DNA of 64,000 nt. Source: Lama glama (Eukaryota). The notes under the pieces were generated by a model. The model ran no database searches, was not told the origin of the DNA, and saw nothing but the letters and a program-made list of their open reading frames with translations. Within the stretch, counting starts at the first letter, position 1, and each line of letters starts with the position of its first letter. The stretch covers positions 6,388,001 to 6,452,000 of the forward strand of contig CM052816.1 in NCBI GenBank assembly GCA_028534125.1. Reading direction: 5' to 3'. The translations under genes were made by a program, and so were the position numbers. This document shows, one piece after another, positions 1-12,790 of this stretch.

Positions 1-200
1 TCTATTTATGGACAGTTAGGTTGTTTCCATGTCTTGGCAATTGTAAATAATGCTGCTGTGAACATTGGGGTGCATGTATCTTTCCAAATTAGTGTTTTAT
101 TTTTTAAATGAATACTTGAGTGGAATTGCTGGGTCATGTGGTAGTTCTGCTTTTATTTTTTTTTGAGAAACCTTTGTACTGTTTTCCACAGCGGCTGCTA
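1..200 (-). mobile_element. LINE-1 fragment (ORF2 3' region, antisense)
   Basis: 'ttaggttgtttccatgtcttggcaattgtaaataatgctgctgtgaacattggggtgcatgtatc...gtggaattgctgggtcatgtggtagttct' is the typical antisense L1 ORF2 C-terminal sequence; cut by the window start. Confidence 0.9.
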
Positions 201-1119
201 TTTATTCCTTTTTTTTTTAACAGTTATTTTTGGAGAAATAGATTGTTTTTCCAGAAAGTTCTTCTGTACAAGTTCCAACTGTGTCTCCTTTTTAAGCATG
301 ACTGACATCAGGGTCTCTCTTGCCAAGATACCGGTTCACTTTCAGAGAAAACCGTTAACATTAAGACGCCGTCCAGGGCCGAGGCAGCCCACATGTTTAT
401 TATGAATTTCCTCATCTGTGCGGAACATGAACTTACATCAGATGCCAGTGGTTTGTGAAACGATCTTTACAGAGAGCAGAAAAAGTGGATGAGCAGCAGT
501 TGGAACCAGGTGGAGAGGCCTGAGCCGATCTCTCTTAAAGGGCATTGGAAGCCCTCTGGCAGCAGCTGCTTTCACAGACTTCCTGGGGCCGTTCTGGCAA
601 CAGTTTCAGTGGGTTTTGAACTAATTACTCTTTAGCTCCAGAGGCCCATCATTCCTGCCCCTGGGTTGTGTGACCATTGGCCCAGCCAGACTGCGGGTCT
701 GTGTGCCTGTCTTGTCATCACTGCTTTAAACCCTGGGACCCCATAGGCAGCCTTGACCCTGAATCCTTCTCAGGGACAGTACTCCTGGTTGCTGTGGGTC
801 CAGAGGCACCCAGTGTTCCCTGATGGGCACATGTTACATATGCTGATTCCCCAGCGTTGATTCTTGATTCTGTCTCTTCATGTTGTCTTCATGACCCAGC
901 AGTAGAGAGAGGACCTGCTGAAGGGGATCAGCGTCTCCTCTGGTGTTTGTATAAAATGCAAAGCAGAGAAGTTATTCCAACTCAGTTAAGGTGGCCTCTG
1001 AGAGAAGGTGCTACTTGTTACTAAAGGGGCTTTAGAAAGAAGTTTTCATGGCAGGCTCTTCCCCGTTATTTAATCTTCCTGCATGATTTTCATTAATTCC
1101 CCTCGCCACCCCACCCTCT

Positions 1120-1870
1120 CGTTCATCCCACGAGCCTTTGATGTTTACTTACCCTCGAGGCACCCTGTCTCTGTGCTGGGAATACAGTGATGCAGGTGGC
1201 GCTGCCTTGATGGCATTTACTACCTAGGAAGGGGGCCAAACCAAATCATAAGAGTTTATAAAACTACATGTCCGATGGAGGAAACTGAAGGTGTTAGGAG
1301 AGTACCCAATACAGCAGAGGGTGATAGCTGCCCCGAGGAATGAAAGATGAGTAAACGTTACCTAGACGAGGAGGCGTTAGTGGGTTTTTTTTTTGTTTTT
1401 TTGTTTTTTTTTTTTTTTGGTGAGAAAAGATGCAAGTGGATACTGAATCATGTTTGCAAGTTTGGTCTTTATTGTGAGAGCAACAGGGATCCATTGAAGG
1501 TTATTAAGCAGGAGGATGATATGATCAGAGACATTTTAGGATTATCCGTCTGGGTACAGTGAATAAGAGGGCACAAACCTGGAGGAAGGAATGCCGTTGT
1601 GGAAGCTCTTGCCGTAAACTAGTGAGCTGGGAGGATCTGAAGCGGAAGCCACAGGGAGTAGTGGTCGCTTGGGTGTGGGGGCCAGCCGGGTCGCACAGGG
1701 GAGGGCGGAGCATCACAGTTGACAGCCATGATTCTGGGCTGATCACCTGGGTGAGTGAGAGTGCTTTTTGAATAAAACGGGATCCTGGAGAAGAAGCAAG
1801 GTTTGAGAGGGAAAAGAAAGACTGAAGCCTTAGATGTGTTGAACTTGAAGTGCCTGCAAGACTTCCTGGT
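1120..1870 (-). mobile_element. LINE-2 fragment
   Basis: Antisense L2-like phrases such as 'tgtgctgggaatacagtgatg', 'ccattgaaggttattaagcaggaggatgatatgatcaga' and 'ttagatgtgttgaacttgaagtgcctg'. Confidence 0.75.
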
Positions 1871-2185
1871 GCAGAGTCATCTTAGGCTACAAAAAAAGAG
1901 GGTATTTCCTAAGTAAAAGGAAGTGATGAATCCCTGTCACTTTATGCTGACCCGGACATACACTAAACATGTCTCCCCCACTTTGTTTTCTTCAGGAAAA
2001 CAAACATAGTATCTAATACTCGCCAAGTACTTTTTTAGGCATAAGGACATTATTATGATTAAGACATGGCTCTTCCCTTGAGAAGAATGCAGTTTGGTGA
2101 TGGGAAAAAGAGGCCAATATTTATAATACATCGTAAGTATTCTGGCAGATGTATAAATTACAGTGTTAGAGAAAACACGGGCTAT

Positions 2186-3600
2186 TCATCCATCCATCCA
2201 TCCATCCAACAGATATTTGAGTGCCTACTAGACCTTGCTCTAGGATACAGTAGCTATCAAAGAAGATAGGATTTCTACATTAAGGGAACCTAAAGTCTAG
2301 TAGAAGAAGAGAAAAAAAGAATCAGTAACAAATATTAAGACTTTCAGGCAGTTGTATGTTCCGGATGGAGAAATAACCAAAGAAGGAATAGTGAAGTGTC
2401 CTAAGGATTGTTTTCTGTAGGGTGATCAGAAAAGGTTTTATTGATAAGAGAACGTTTGAGCGGTGAGCTAAGGTAAGTGAGGAAAGGATGCAAGGTCTAG
2501 GGGAACAGTTGTGCAGGTAGAAGGAAGGGCAAGCACACAGGCCCTGTGGCAGGAGTATGCTTGAGGAATAGGAGGGAGGCCTCTCTGGGTAGATCAGTGA
2601 GTGTGAACAAGAGTGACTTGTCCATGCTCTGAGCAGGGGTGGGGGGCAGCGGGAAGAGCAGCAGTGTCCAGGAGGGGAAGTCCGGAGTTTGAGTTTGGAC
2701 ATGTGAAATTGGAGCTCTCTCTTAAACATCTAAGAAAAATGAAATGGGGGCAGACAGATATGACTCTGGAGTTCATGTGATAGGTCCAGGCTGGAGATAT
2801 ACATGTGGGTGTTTGCAGCATATAAATGCACGTAACATTTAAATGTTTAATATGACTGGAAGAGATCTCCCCCAGGCAGTGACCGTCAGTAGACGTCGAG
2901 GAGATGCAAAGTAACCAGCAAAGGAAAACTGAGACAGTTTGGTCAGAAATACCAGAGGAAAATCAAGAATGGTGACCTAAAAGTCCAGTGAAGGAAGAGA
3001 AAGGGCTTCAATGAGGCAGAAATAATCAGCAGAGCCAGTGCTTCTGCTACTTCAAAAACTGACACACAGAGAAGGGAATTGCTAAAGAGTAGTGGAGGGT
3101 GGACTGGGTTGGTTCAAGGCTAAAGACTGGAAGAGGGAGAGAAAGGGCGTGTGATGGAGCGAAGGGGTTGAACAGGCAGCCGTTGAGACAGGGTCGGCGG
3201 GACTGCACATGGCAGGAGTGGTTAAGGCATGCGGAGGAAGTGTGGAATGATGTCACAGATTCAGATCTGAATCACTCAAAGAATCAAATTGTGAGGCTGC
3301 TCACTAACACGAGGAACCCTGGAGGAGGAGCAGGTTTAGGGAGAGGAAGAAGGCACGTTTTTAGGACAAACTGACCTTGAAATTCATGGGATGCCCAAGT
3401 GGATGTGGGGAAGTGGCTTATGAAGTTGAAGCACAGGAAACAGCCATAAGGTGTTTCACCTGCAGCTTGTGTTTTCACGTTTGTCCTGGTGTGCAGGCAA
3501 ATGAGCACATGTTTAGAGGAAGGTGGCAGAAGAAGGCAGGATCTGGAAACCTTGATATAAAAGGAAAATGTGGAGAACCTGGGTGTGAGCCACCTTGGGG
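2186..3600 (-). mobile_element. LINE-2 (L2a-like 3' end plus further L2 pieces)
   Basis: Starts with a (CATC)n tail and 'aacagatatttgagtgcctact' (reverse complement of the L2 3' end); internal 'gagtttggacatgtgaaattggag' and 'aggtccaggctggagatatacatgtggg'. Confidence 0.8.
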
Positions 3601-4499
3601 TCGAAATGGGGTACATTAAAGGCCATTTGTGTGAGTTTGGGCGACAGTCTGGTCGGTGAGCTCTCTCTTGTGTAAAATATGTAGACCAGCAGCTACGAGG
3701 TCACGTGACAACCCAGGCGACTAGTAGATGGAGAAGGCATTCAAATGTATTTTACATGTTATATCGTCTCAGCAGCTTCTGCCATTACTGGTGCCACCAC
3801 CACTACTACCATTACTGCACCTACAAGGATGAAGTTTATTACCAATGAAAGCTCCTAGCCTGTGCCATAAATGAGGGAAAAATCAGCTTTTTAAGATTAG
3901 GTTTCTGAAAGGAACCCCTTCCTCTTCCTGCCATTAGAATCTATCCCTTCCTTCCCTGTCACTCTTACTAGTCTCTCATTTAAGCTCGAGGGAGACCGTT
4001 AATTCAGTGTATCCAACAAACTGTGTGCCTGTTTATTTAACTCAATCATTTGGGGAGGAAACAAGGCACTTTATAAGATTGCTTTAATAAGAACCCAGGG
4101 CTGAACTTCCAATTGCTTGTATCATTCCTTGTCATAGATGGCACCTTTTAAGCCTCTGCTTTTGACAGACACCTGATTTTAGTTTGCTTAACTTTGCTAA
4201 CAACTTTGCCTCCCTGATGGGTGCTGTCCTGCTGTGGCTGGAGGAGAAGACGCAGGTGATTTTTCAGCACTTAGTGGCCTGGCCTCCATCAGTGTCATTT
4301 GTCACCTGACCATAACCAGCCGGACCTGAACACCCTTAGCAGCTGCTCCGAGGACTGAGCATGAATGTCCTGCAGGGGAAAGCTGGAGGCTGGGCCAGTT
4401 CCTGTAGTAGTGATGGTGTGGCTCTCTTGCTCCTGTTCGTTAATTGATTCATTCGTTTGTTCAATGAACAAAGGTAACCAGCTAGCAACAGTGGGGATG

Positions 4500-4675
4500 A
4501 AACTGATGATCGCTAGCATTTAGCACCCGTGCCAGGCACTGTGCTAGAAGGTTTAAATATATCTTGTCACCTAAACTTCATAAGAATAATAGGGGTTGGA
4601 GTCATGCCTATTTTTGTCAGCTGAGAAAAATAAGGAGAAAATCAAGCCGTTTTCTCAGGTTACCCTAAAGGCTGG
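4500..4675 (-). mobile_element. MIR SINE
   Basis: 'gtgccaggcactgtgctagaaggtttaaatatatc...ctgagaaaaataagg' matches antisense MIR. Confidence 0.65.
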
Positions 4676-4689
4676 TGGATGTGAATTAA

Positions 4690-6090
4690 ATATTTTTCTT
4701 CTTTTAAAATTTTTGTTTTTACAAAAACAGTAAAAGTGAACAATAGAGAATACAGAACTAAAATACGAAAATAAAATACCATAACCCTACCGTGCGGAGA
4801 TCATCATTTTCTTAGGCGCTGTATCCTTCTGCATCACTCCATCTTAGACAAGCACATAAGGAGATTTCCAACTGCTTCTAAATAACTGACCTCCGTGCTT
4901 TGACACCTCAATGTAAAAACCTTCAGCTTAGTCATTGAATTCTATCCACTTACTACTTTACAGACAAGAGAGTGCTCGTGGGGGCAAAATCCTATAAATG
5001 TAGATCTTACCAAGGGAACTTGCCTTCCTTCAGAGTTGAATCCCCTTCTGCTCTGCCTCCTCGTGTGTGTGCTCTGGTGCTTTTAGTCACTCTCCGTGTG
5101 TTGTCCGGTGTTGGAAAATTGTTTGTAGATGTGCTAACACAGCACACCCTGCTCTGCCCTTCCTGGCGCCCCAACTACCTCATATTGTTTTAATTTGTGT
5201 TTCTCGTAGGACTGAGTTTGAATATCTATTTCACGTAAAGTCATTGTCTTTATTTTATGTGGACTCTTTGTTCATGTGATTTGTCTTTTTTTTTCTTATG
5301 TGTTCTTTGTCTTTTTCTCTTGTTTTCTGATTTTTCTTTGTATTTTACAGAGATTAACTTCGTGTCTGTGACATGAGTTAGAAGTATTTTCTCTCTTACT
5401 TTTTAATTTTTATTTTATATCTTGGAAAAGCTTTGTTGTGATAGTTATTTGTAGTTATTTAATACCTTACAAGACCTATAATGAAAAATAATATAAAAAG
5501 GAATATATATATATGTATATATAAATGAATCACTTTTGCTGTGTACCAGAAATTAACACAACACTATACATTGGCTATCCTTCAATAAAATATGAGATAA
5601 AATAAATTATAAAAAATCTAACATAAAAAAAGAAATTGTACGTTTTTTATACATGGATTCTATATTTTGAATCTCTGTTACAAAGGCTTTATCCACTCTG
5701 ATTTTAAAGAAGTTTGCTCCATGTTTTCTTCACACAGATTCCTTTAGTCCCTTTACATTGTTGTCTTTAATCCACTGAAGATGTCCTTGGTGTGTTATGT
5801 GAAGTAAGGATCCAACTTTGTCTTTCCTTCTAAAAGGCAGCCGTCTTTCTTAGCCTCATTTAAGTGTACATCTTGAGCCCACTCATTAAAAATGCCTCCT
5901 TTAGCATGTACTAAACTTCCATATGTTTGAGGGATATTTCTGGGTTTTTACACTCCATTCTATGGATAGTTCCATCTATTGATGTGTTAATATAGTTGGA
6001 ACTAAAGAGTGTTTACCGTGGGTTTTAATATCTTGTCAGACTCTTCCCCCTTATGGCTCTTCTTTCCCAGAGCTTTTCCTGACAATTCCT
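4690..6090 (-). mobile_element. Old L1M/L1ME fragments (antisense), interrupted by a younger L1
   Basis: T-rich antisense ORF2-like text, e.g. 'ctttaatccactgaagatgtccttggtgtgttatgtgaagtaaggatccaactttg' and 'tctgggttttacactccattctatgga'. Confidence 0.7.
5440..5630 (+). mobile_element. 5'-truncated L1 3' end (artiodactyl/camelid type) inserted in an older L1
   Basis: 'acctataatgaaaaataatataaaaaggaatatatatatatgtatatataaatgaatcacttttgctgtgtaccagaaattaacacaac' followed by an A-rich tail; paralogous to the copies at 20.4-28.4 kb. Confidence 0.85.
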
Positions 6091-6974
6091 GATGGTCAGA
6101 CTGCCTTTCTGCCACCAAATTCCACCCTCTCATCTACGGTTTTTTAATGGCAGGTACTCTGTCCATTCACGTGTTACCTTATTACAGAAGATCGTAGGCT
6201 TCTCTATGCTGGTCCCTGTGTTAAGTACAAGAAAAGAAGGCAAAGAGTCCTCACTTGACTGAGCTTAGAGTAGAGCCTGGCAGCTTTAAAACTGTGGCGT
6301 ATACATGGAAGGCAGTACTGTGAGTGCTGACCTGTCTGTTTTTGGAAGAGCCATCAGATTTGAGAACCAGTGGGCTCTGAGGAAAACCGATAAACTGGAG
6401 CTTCCTGTCTGGTCATTCCCTTACTTCCTCTCAAATAGTGTCAAACTGGGAGGGGGCCTCAGAGATACCAACTCAATCTGCTTATTTAACTTATGGGGAA
6501 ACAGACCACAATATGATGTAATCTACTTAAAATTGAGTCACTGTTTTGTTGGGTCAGGATCTAAACATTTATTTTCAGTATTTTTTCTTCTCCATTAGAC
6601 CAGGCTGAGACCTCATTGAAGACACCAGTATCTCATGACTGGAAGGCGTGAAATTAATTTAATTCATATGTAAACTTTGTTAAAGCATTCATTAGGCCAG
6701 GGTTGCTTTCACTCAATATTTTGAACGCTGCTCCTGAGTTTATTCATGAGCTCTTTGTTCATACATTTATTCATTTATTGATCAAACACATTTACTGAGC
6801 ATTACACACTCTGGTTGACATAGTGAAATAACAAATATCGAGTATGTATTCAAATGTTTTTTAATTAACTGTATGTGGAAGATCCATGCACATGAGATAC
6901 TAATAAATAATCTGTAATTTGGATAGAGGACAAGAGAAGTAATTCAAGGAAGGTTACAAGGCACTTAGATGCCA

Positions 6975-7115
6975 CTTGAGTAGAAAAGGTTAGCTATCTT
7001 GATTGTGGCGGTGGTTTCATGGGTATATAAACATCTATCGAAATTCATCAAATTGTACATTTGAAATATGTGTACTTTACTGTACTGGAAGCATACCACA
7101 ATAAAGGTGTTAAAA
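6975..7115 (+). mobile_element. Old L1 (L1MC/MD/ME-like) 3' terminus
   Basis: 'tatcttgattgtggcggtggtttcatgggtatataaacatctatcgaaattcatcaaattgtacatttgaaatatgtg...caataaag'. Confidence 0.8.
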
Positions 7116-8034
7116 CAAGGATAAACAGTGGTCCGTGTGGGCAGGGAGTAGTTAGAGAATGTGCTGTAGAGGAGGTGATTGATTTGTTTGGCTGCATAGG
7201 GAGGGGGAAGGGCATTTGATAGCAGCAAATATTACACGTACATATGAACCTCGCAATTATGAGAAGGAGCGAGAAACTTTCTCGCTTCATCTGCCCTTTA
7301 GCAGGCCTTTCCTTTCTCCTGTGTTCGTCCGCTTTACAACAACAGTTGTCTTTTCACACAGTGGGAATTCCTGGGTGGACAGTAGTCAGTGCGTACGCAC
7401 TGCACAAACAGAAGAACCTCCCTAGAGAACGAGCATCGTTGAGGCATGTAGTGTTTGATGAAAAGTGAATTTTCCAGGTTACTGAAGCTTACTCTCTAAC
7501 AGTCAAAACTGCCTTTTTAATAATAAATTAAAAAAATTTTTTACCCATTTAGTATATAAACTGTACAATAAATTTGGGATTCATCTAAATTTTTATAAAA
7601 TCTTTCTCACACAACTTTTCTGCTCCTCAAGACGAGAGTTATGAGAAATGCATGTTATACTCTGTACAACAGACCAGCTCTGTTGGTACTTAAACTGAAT
7701 TCTCAGTGGCAATCCAGATAAAGTTCTTTGGTCTTTTTAGTTTCCCTGCCTCCTCTCTCACTGTGTCTGGTTACATGTTCCAATGTTTCGGATATCTCTT
7801 TCCAACACTCTGCTTTCTCTTATAAATGTAACTTCCATGACCATTGCCTAGAGAAATGGGAAGTGGATTGGGGAAGGTTTGCAGTGCAGGGGAAAGGAGC
7901 TGGACTGGGAGTCATGAGACCTGGGTTTCATGAACAGCGTGGCCAGCATATAGACTACAGAAACTTGGGAAACTTGCTTTCTTTCTCTCATTCCTGGGTT
8001 TGTCAGTTGAAAAAGGAGCCTGAAAGTGACAATG

Positions 8035-8220
8035 CATGGTTTTCAAACTCCTCAGGGGCCACGCGGGATAGGAACCTGCGGGCTCAATGAAGGCTCTTGG
8101 CCTTTCTGTTCTCCCCCACCTTATGTTAACCAGCCCATCTTAGGTTATCTTTCGTTTCTTAGATACTTTCATGCAAAGTGTTCCATAATGTTTTTTAGGA
8201 TGAATGTCACTGCGTTGCAG
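8035..8220. mobile_element. hAT-Charlie family MITE (MER112-like)
   Basis: Begins 'catggttttcaaact' (Charlie-type TIR) and ends '...cactg'; the family name is tentative. Confidence 0.45.
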
Positions 8221-8338
8221 TGGTAATGGCTGTGGGTCATTCATGGGTTGAGAACCTCTGTGTTCCCTAGCCTGTCCCAGGCTTTTGTATGTGTCACCTC
8301 TAATTTTTACAAATTCTTAAAAGATGGTAAAGTACTTC

Positions 8339-8838
8339 NNNNNNNNNNNNNNNNNNNNNNNNNNNNNNNNNNNNNNNNNNNNNNNNNNNNNNNNNNNNNN
8401 NNNNNNNNNNNNNNNNNNNNNNNNNNNNNNNNNNNNNNNNNNNNNNNNNNNNNNNNNNNNNNNNNNNNNNNNNNNNNNNNNNNNNNNNNNNNNNNNNNNN
8501 NNNNNNNNNNNNNNNNNNNNNNNNNNNNNNNNNNNNNNNNNNNNNNNNNNNNNNNNNNNNNNNNNNNNNNNNNNNNNNNNNNNNNNNNNNNNNNNNNNNN
8601 NNNNNNNNNNNNNNNNNNNNNNNNNNNNNNNNNNNNNNNNNNNNNNNNNNNNNNNNNNNNNNNNNNNNNNNNNNNNNNNNNNNNNNNNNNNNNNNNNNNN
8701 NNNNNNNNNNNNNNNNNNNNNNNNNNNNNNNNNNNNNNNNNNNNNNNNNNNNNNNNNNNNNNNNNNNNNNNNNNNNNNNNNNNNNNNNNNNNNNNNNNNN
8801 NNNNNNNNNNNNNNNNNNNNNNNNNNNNNNNNNNNNNN
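8339..8838. other. Assembly gap (500 N)
   Basis: Run of exactly 500 N. Confidence 1.
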
Positions 8839-10770
8839 AACACAGAAAAAAATGTATCTCAGATCAACTGCCAACACTGTACTCAAGGGGAAAACCATGA
8901 TGGCTTTCCAAATCAAATCTGAAGAAAGAAAATAATGCCATCACCACAACGCTCTGGAAGTTCTAGACATTAAGACAGGGTAAAGTCGTGTAAGATAAAT
9001 GGAATAAAAATAAGAAAATGATCAGAAAAGTCAAGATCAAAATTTCAGCAACTACTGAAGTACTAGGAATAAGATGATTTGTATAATGAGCCTAAGGGAA
9101 AATGGAACCCTTATTAAACCTGACTATTGTTTGGTAAGATGACTTGTTACCAAAAAAAAAAAAAACAAAAAAAAACTGCCTGGAATCTGGCAAAAACCAC
9201 TCAGAAATGTGATTTTTAAAAATTATTCATATAGCAATCAAAAATAGAATATTCACTGCACTAAATTTAACTAAAAATATGTAGGATTCATTTGAAATAA
9301 ACCTTTAATTAGAGACATAAATGATTTGCAGAAGTGAACATAATGACCATCTGTTTTTGAGTAGAAAAGTTCAAAATTTCCAATATTTTAATTTACCCCA
9401 AGTTTACTTTAAAATTATGTACTATGTACATTGAATCTTGATGAAAATTATTTTTATTCATAACTGAACAAAATGGTTATAAAAGGAATAAATGAGAAAA
9501 AAGGAGCAAAGAAAACCTTCAAAGACAAATGATAGTGAGTGGCCTACATTTCCATTCAAAATTTCTGTAACAACTTAGTTATTAGAGCTCTGGTAATGGC
9601 TACAGAATAGACAGACAGATGAATAAAACAGAACTCAAAACCCAGAAACAGAAACATGTGTAACAGAACTTAGTTTAAGATAAATGTGACATTTTAAAAT
9701 CAACATTTATCGACTCTTTGATAAACTATGCTCAGAGGAAAGGGAAGCTAGCCCTTTGTCTCAAGTAATACCCTATAGGATAAATAATCTTGGACTAATT
9801 GAGTAGCTCATTGCTGACAGGAACTAGAAAAGACACTAGGAAATTTTTTTCTAATAATTTGAGAATATGAGACATTTCTAAACACCAAAAGCAGAAACAA
9901 TAAGTAAAAAGAACAAAAAAATAGGCTACAAAGGAATTTGAAATCACAGAATAATTAAAAGAAACGTATCTTGAAAAATGCTAAAAGGTAACTGAAAATT
10001 ACCTTCTGGGATGTTTGCAGAATCAGTGACAGGAAAATGCCAACATCATAAATTAAGAACTCTTTTAACTTGGAAATAAAAGATAGCCAAATCAGTAAAA
10101 TACACAAAAGAAAATTACATTGTAGGCAATTTGCAGAAGATAAAATAAAAATGGTTGCAGTACAAAAATCATTCACCTTAATAATGTAAAGCAAATAATG
10201 AAATACCATTTTCATCTATCAAACTAGAAGCAATTAAAAACACATCAACTCGGAGCTGGCAGAGACACAGTGAAAGATACAGGCTTGTATACAGATGCTG
10301 GCATTTTAAATTGCATCAAAAGCATATAAAATAGGCATAAATCTTTAACCCAGTAATCCAACTGTGGGGAATTCTCCTAAGGAAATTATGTGGGTATACA
10401 CACGGAGTTTTTCTTAAGGGCATTTACCCAGTAATGCTTAGAATAATGAAAAAAAATTGGAAACAAAGTGCCAAACAACAGAGGATTGGTGAAGTATGCA
10501 CTGATGCATTAATATTACCATTTTTTAACGATGCTGTTGAGTAGAACAGGGTAACGTTTACTGTTGACTTTTAAGCTTTAAAACCATGTCACAAGTCAAA
10601 ATATATCCAGTTTGAATCATCTGGCACTGGTAACATTCAACTGTCTGCACAAAAATGTCAATGTCAATTTTATAAGCTTTAGCCTAATAATAAATTCTTT
10701 TGTTTTCTGCTTGTTTTTTGTAAACTACATATACATACACTGAAAATAAAGTTCTAGAAGAAAAAAAAAT
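8839..10770 (+). mobile_element. Old, highly decayed L1M (ORF2 RT region through 3' UTR)
   Basis: Translation 'STANTVLKGKTMMAFQIKSEERK' aligns by eye with L1 RT '[24 protein letters not shown]'; A-rich; later 'aataatgaaataccattttcatctatcaaact' and 'ctttaacccagtaatccaact' are L1 3' motifs. Confidence 0.85.
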
Positions 10771-11172
10771 CAACAGTATATGGCTGACTGGTTGACATTT
10801 GGAACGTTTCCCCCTTTAAGGTTTTTTCCCTTGTAGCTTAAAATTTTCTATAAGTTTTAATCTCATCTTAAACTATTTTTAAATAAACAAGGAAAGACAG
10901 GTAATATAAAAATAGCTCCAACTACCTTCCCTACCCAAACCAGACGGAAATGAAACTCCTCCACGCTGTCCTTTTCTTAGAGTGATTCCACCTCCAACAA
11001 ATGTCACAAGAAGTCAGAGGATTGTTTTCTGTTCTGTTTTGTTTTTGTTTTTCCAACTGAGACACTGGCTCCAATCTGTCTAGCTCATCTTTGCTCAGTA
11101 ATAGAACACAAAGGGCCAGGGGAGCAGCAAATCGTGGGTGCCAAAATTAGTTCCCACCCACGTCCCTCATCT

Positions 11173-11191
11173 CACACACACACACACACAC
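11173..11191. repeat. (CA)n microsatellite
   Basis: Direct reading. Confidence 0.9.
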
Positions 11192-11534
11192 AGAGGTTGC
11201 CACTGGGAATCCTGAATGACTTGAAGTCTTATTGCTAAAGAGATTTAAATAAGGCCTAATACAAAAACTTTCAGGAGAGGACATTAACAGAGAGAATGTC
11301 TATTTAAGAGAGTCTGGCAAGATAGACATTCGTTCACAGGAACAAGCACTGAGGACCTAACACTTGGGCAGTAATTTTTGGTTAGCTAAGGCCAAAAAGA
11401 AAGCAGAGTTGCAGAACTGCCATTTCCTGACTGTAAAGAAATTATATAAATCCACGTGCAGGGACCATTTTATTTTTTGTATGACTGAACTAAAGCAAGA
11501 TGTGACCACATAAATCTAGGTATAAAGGACATCC

Positions 11535-11705
11535 AGTGCCTCGCTCCTCGAAGAGTAGCCCGGGGACCAGCAGCGTCGGCACTGCCTGCGAAGTGGTTAG
11601 AAATGCAGACTACAGGGCCTCGTCCCAGACCTCCTGGATCAGAATCTGCATTCTGAGCAGATCCTCAGATGACTCACACACATACTGAAATACGGGAAGC
11701 GCTGA
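11535..11705. mobile_element. MER5A/B hAT-Charlie MITE
   Basis: 'ggaccagcagcgtcggcactgcctgcgaagtggttagaaatgcagac...cccagacctcctggatcagaatctgcatt'. Confidence 0.85.
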
Positions 11706-12149
11706 TGCCCTGGACGTAATGTCTTCAGCTCCGGCTTTACAACAGTAGGGATGGAAACACTGGTTAACTAGGAGTCAGGAGGATTCCTTAATGAAGAAGA
11801 ATGTCAGTAAGGGATGGTCTATGGTTCTGATGCCACCTACCCAGGCCCAGGGTCATGTCTTATGGGCAGCTGTTGAAGGAACAGATCTAGAGGAAAGAAG
11901 AACTGGGTGGGGGCAGAAGAGACTTCAGCAAATACATGAACAAGTCTCTCCCGTGGAATAATACAAGTCGTTTGTTATTTAAAAGGACACACCTAGCACT
12001 CTGATCCTTGGAAACCAAAGTAAGATAAAATGCTTCCTGAACATAAGGCAACTTTTTCTAACAAACAGGTACAAGTGGAACAGGCTGTCAGAGGGCTAAT
12101 ATTACTGCTGCCACTACCACCAGTATCTCTACCAGCAGAAACTATTAAG

Positions 12150-12790
12150 TGCATCCTTATTCTGTTCATTTTTTTCCCTTAGGTATTCTACCTTTATATA
12201 ACTAATCTTTTTAACTTACTGGCAACTCGTACGAAATTCAGAGACGTCAGGAAATTTATCTAAGGCCACCCAGCTGTCGAGTGGCAGAATGAGCATTCAA
12301 ATCCAGGCCCTATTTACTCCCACAGTGATCGCTGAAACCAGAGATACTGAACAGAGTCTTCATGCATCAGATAAACCAGGGACAACTAATTCCCAGACCT
12401 TTCTGGCTGAGCATCAGAGCCATGCTAAGTGATCTATAAACAGGTAGATTTCAGAGCCTCAACCCTCAAGAGTCTGTAACAATTGGGTTGTGGGGTGGGA
12501 GGAGATTTGAAAACCTGCACACTCTGAAAAGTTCCCTGATATCTGCGATAGTCTGTAAGTCACTAAGGGGAGCAGGCAGGTCCAAGAATGATGAGCTGTG
12601 GACTTCCCTCAATCCCAAACCAGAAGTGGAATAGAGAAGGGCCCCCAGATTCAAGATTGTCTGTGAAATTGACCATTTGACCTGGGAAAACCAGCCAACC
12701 GCTCTATGCCTTTTTATCTGAAAAATGGGAGTCATTATACCTTGCTATTCCCTGAGGGTATCATGAGGCACTTTAAGAACATGAAATACT
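12150..12790. mobile_element. Composite of MIR (12150-12340, -), MER5-like (12360-12565) and MIR (12660-12790, +)
   Basis: 'taaggccacccagctgtcgagtggcagaatgagcattcaaatccagg'; 'tttcagagcctcaaccctcaagagtctg'; 'tgacctgggaaaaccagccaaccgctctatgcctttttatctgaaaaatggga'. Confidence 0.65.

Noticed and set aside
8248..8935. Long ORFs spanning the gaps (also 29630-30254 and 48296-48926)
   Set aside because: Artefacts of translating N runs as X.
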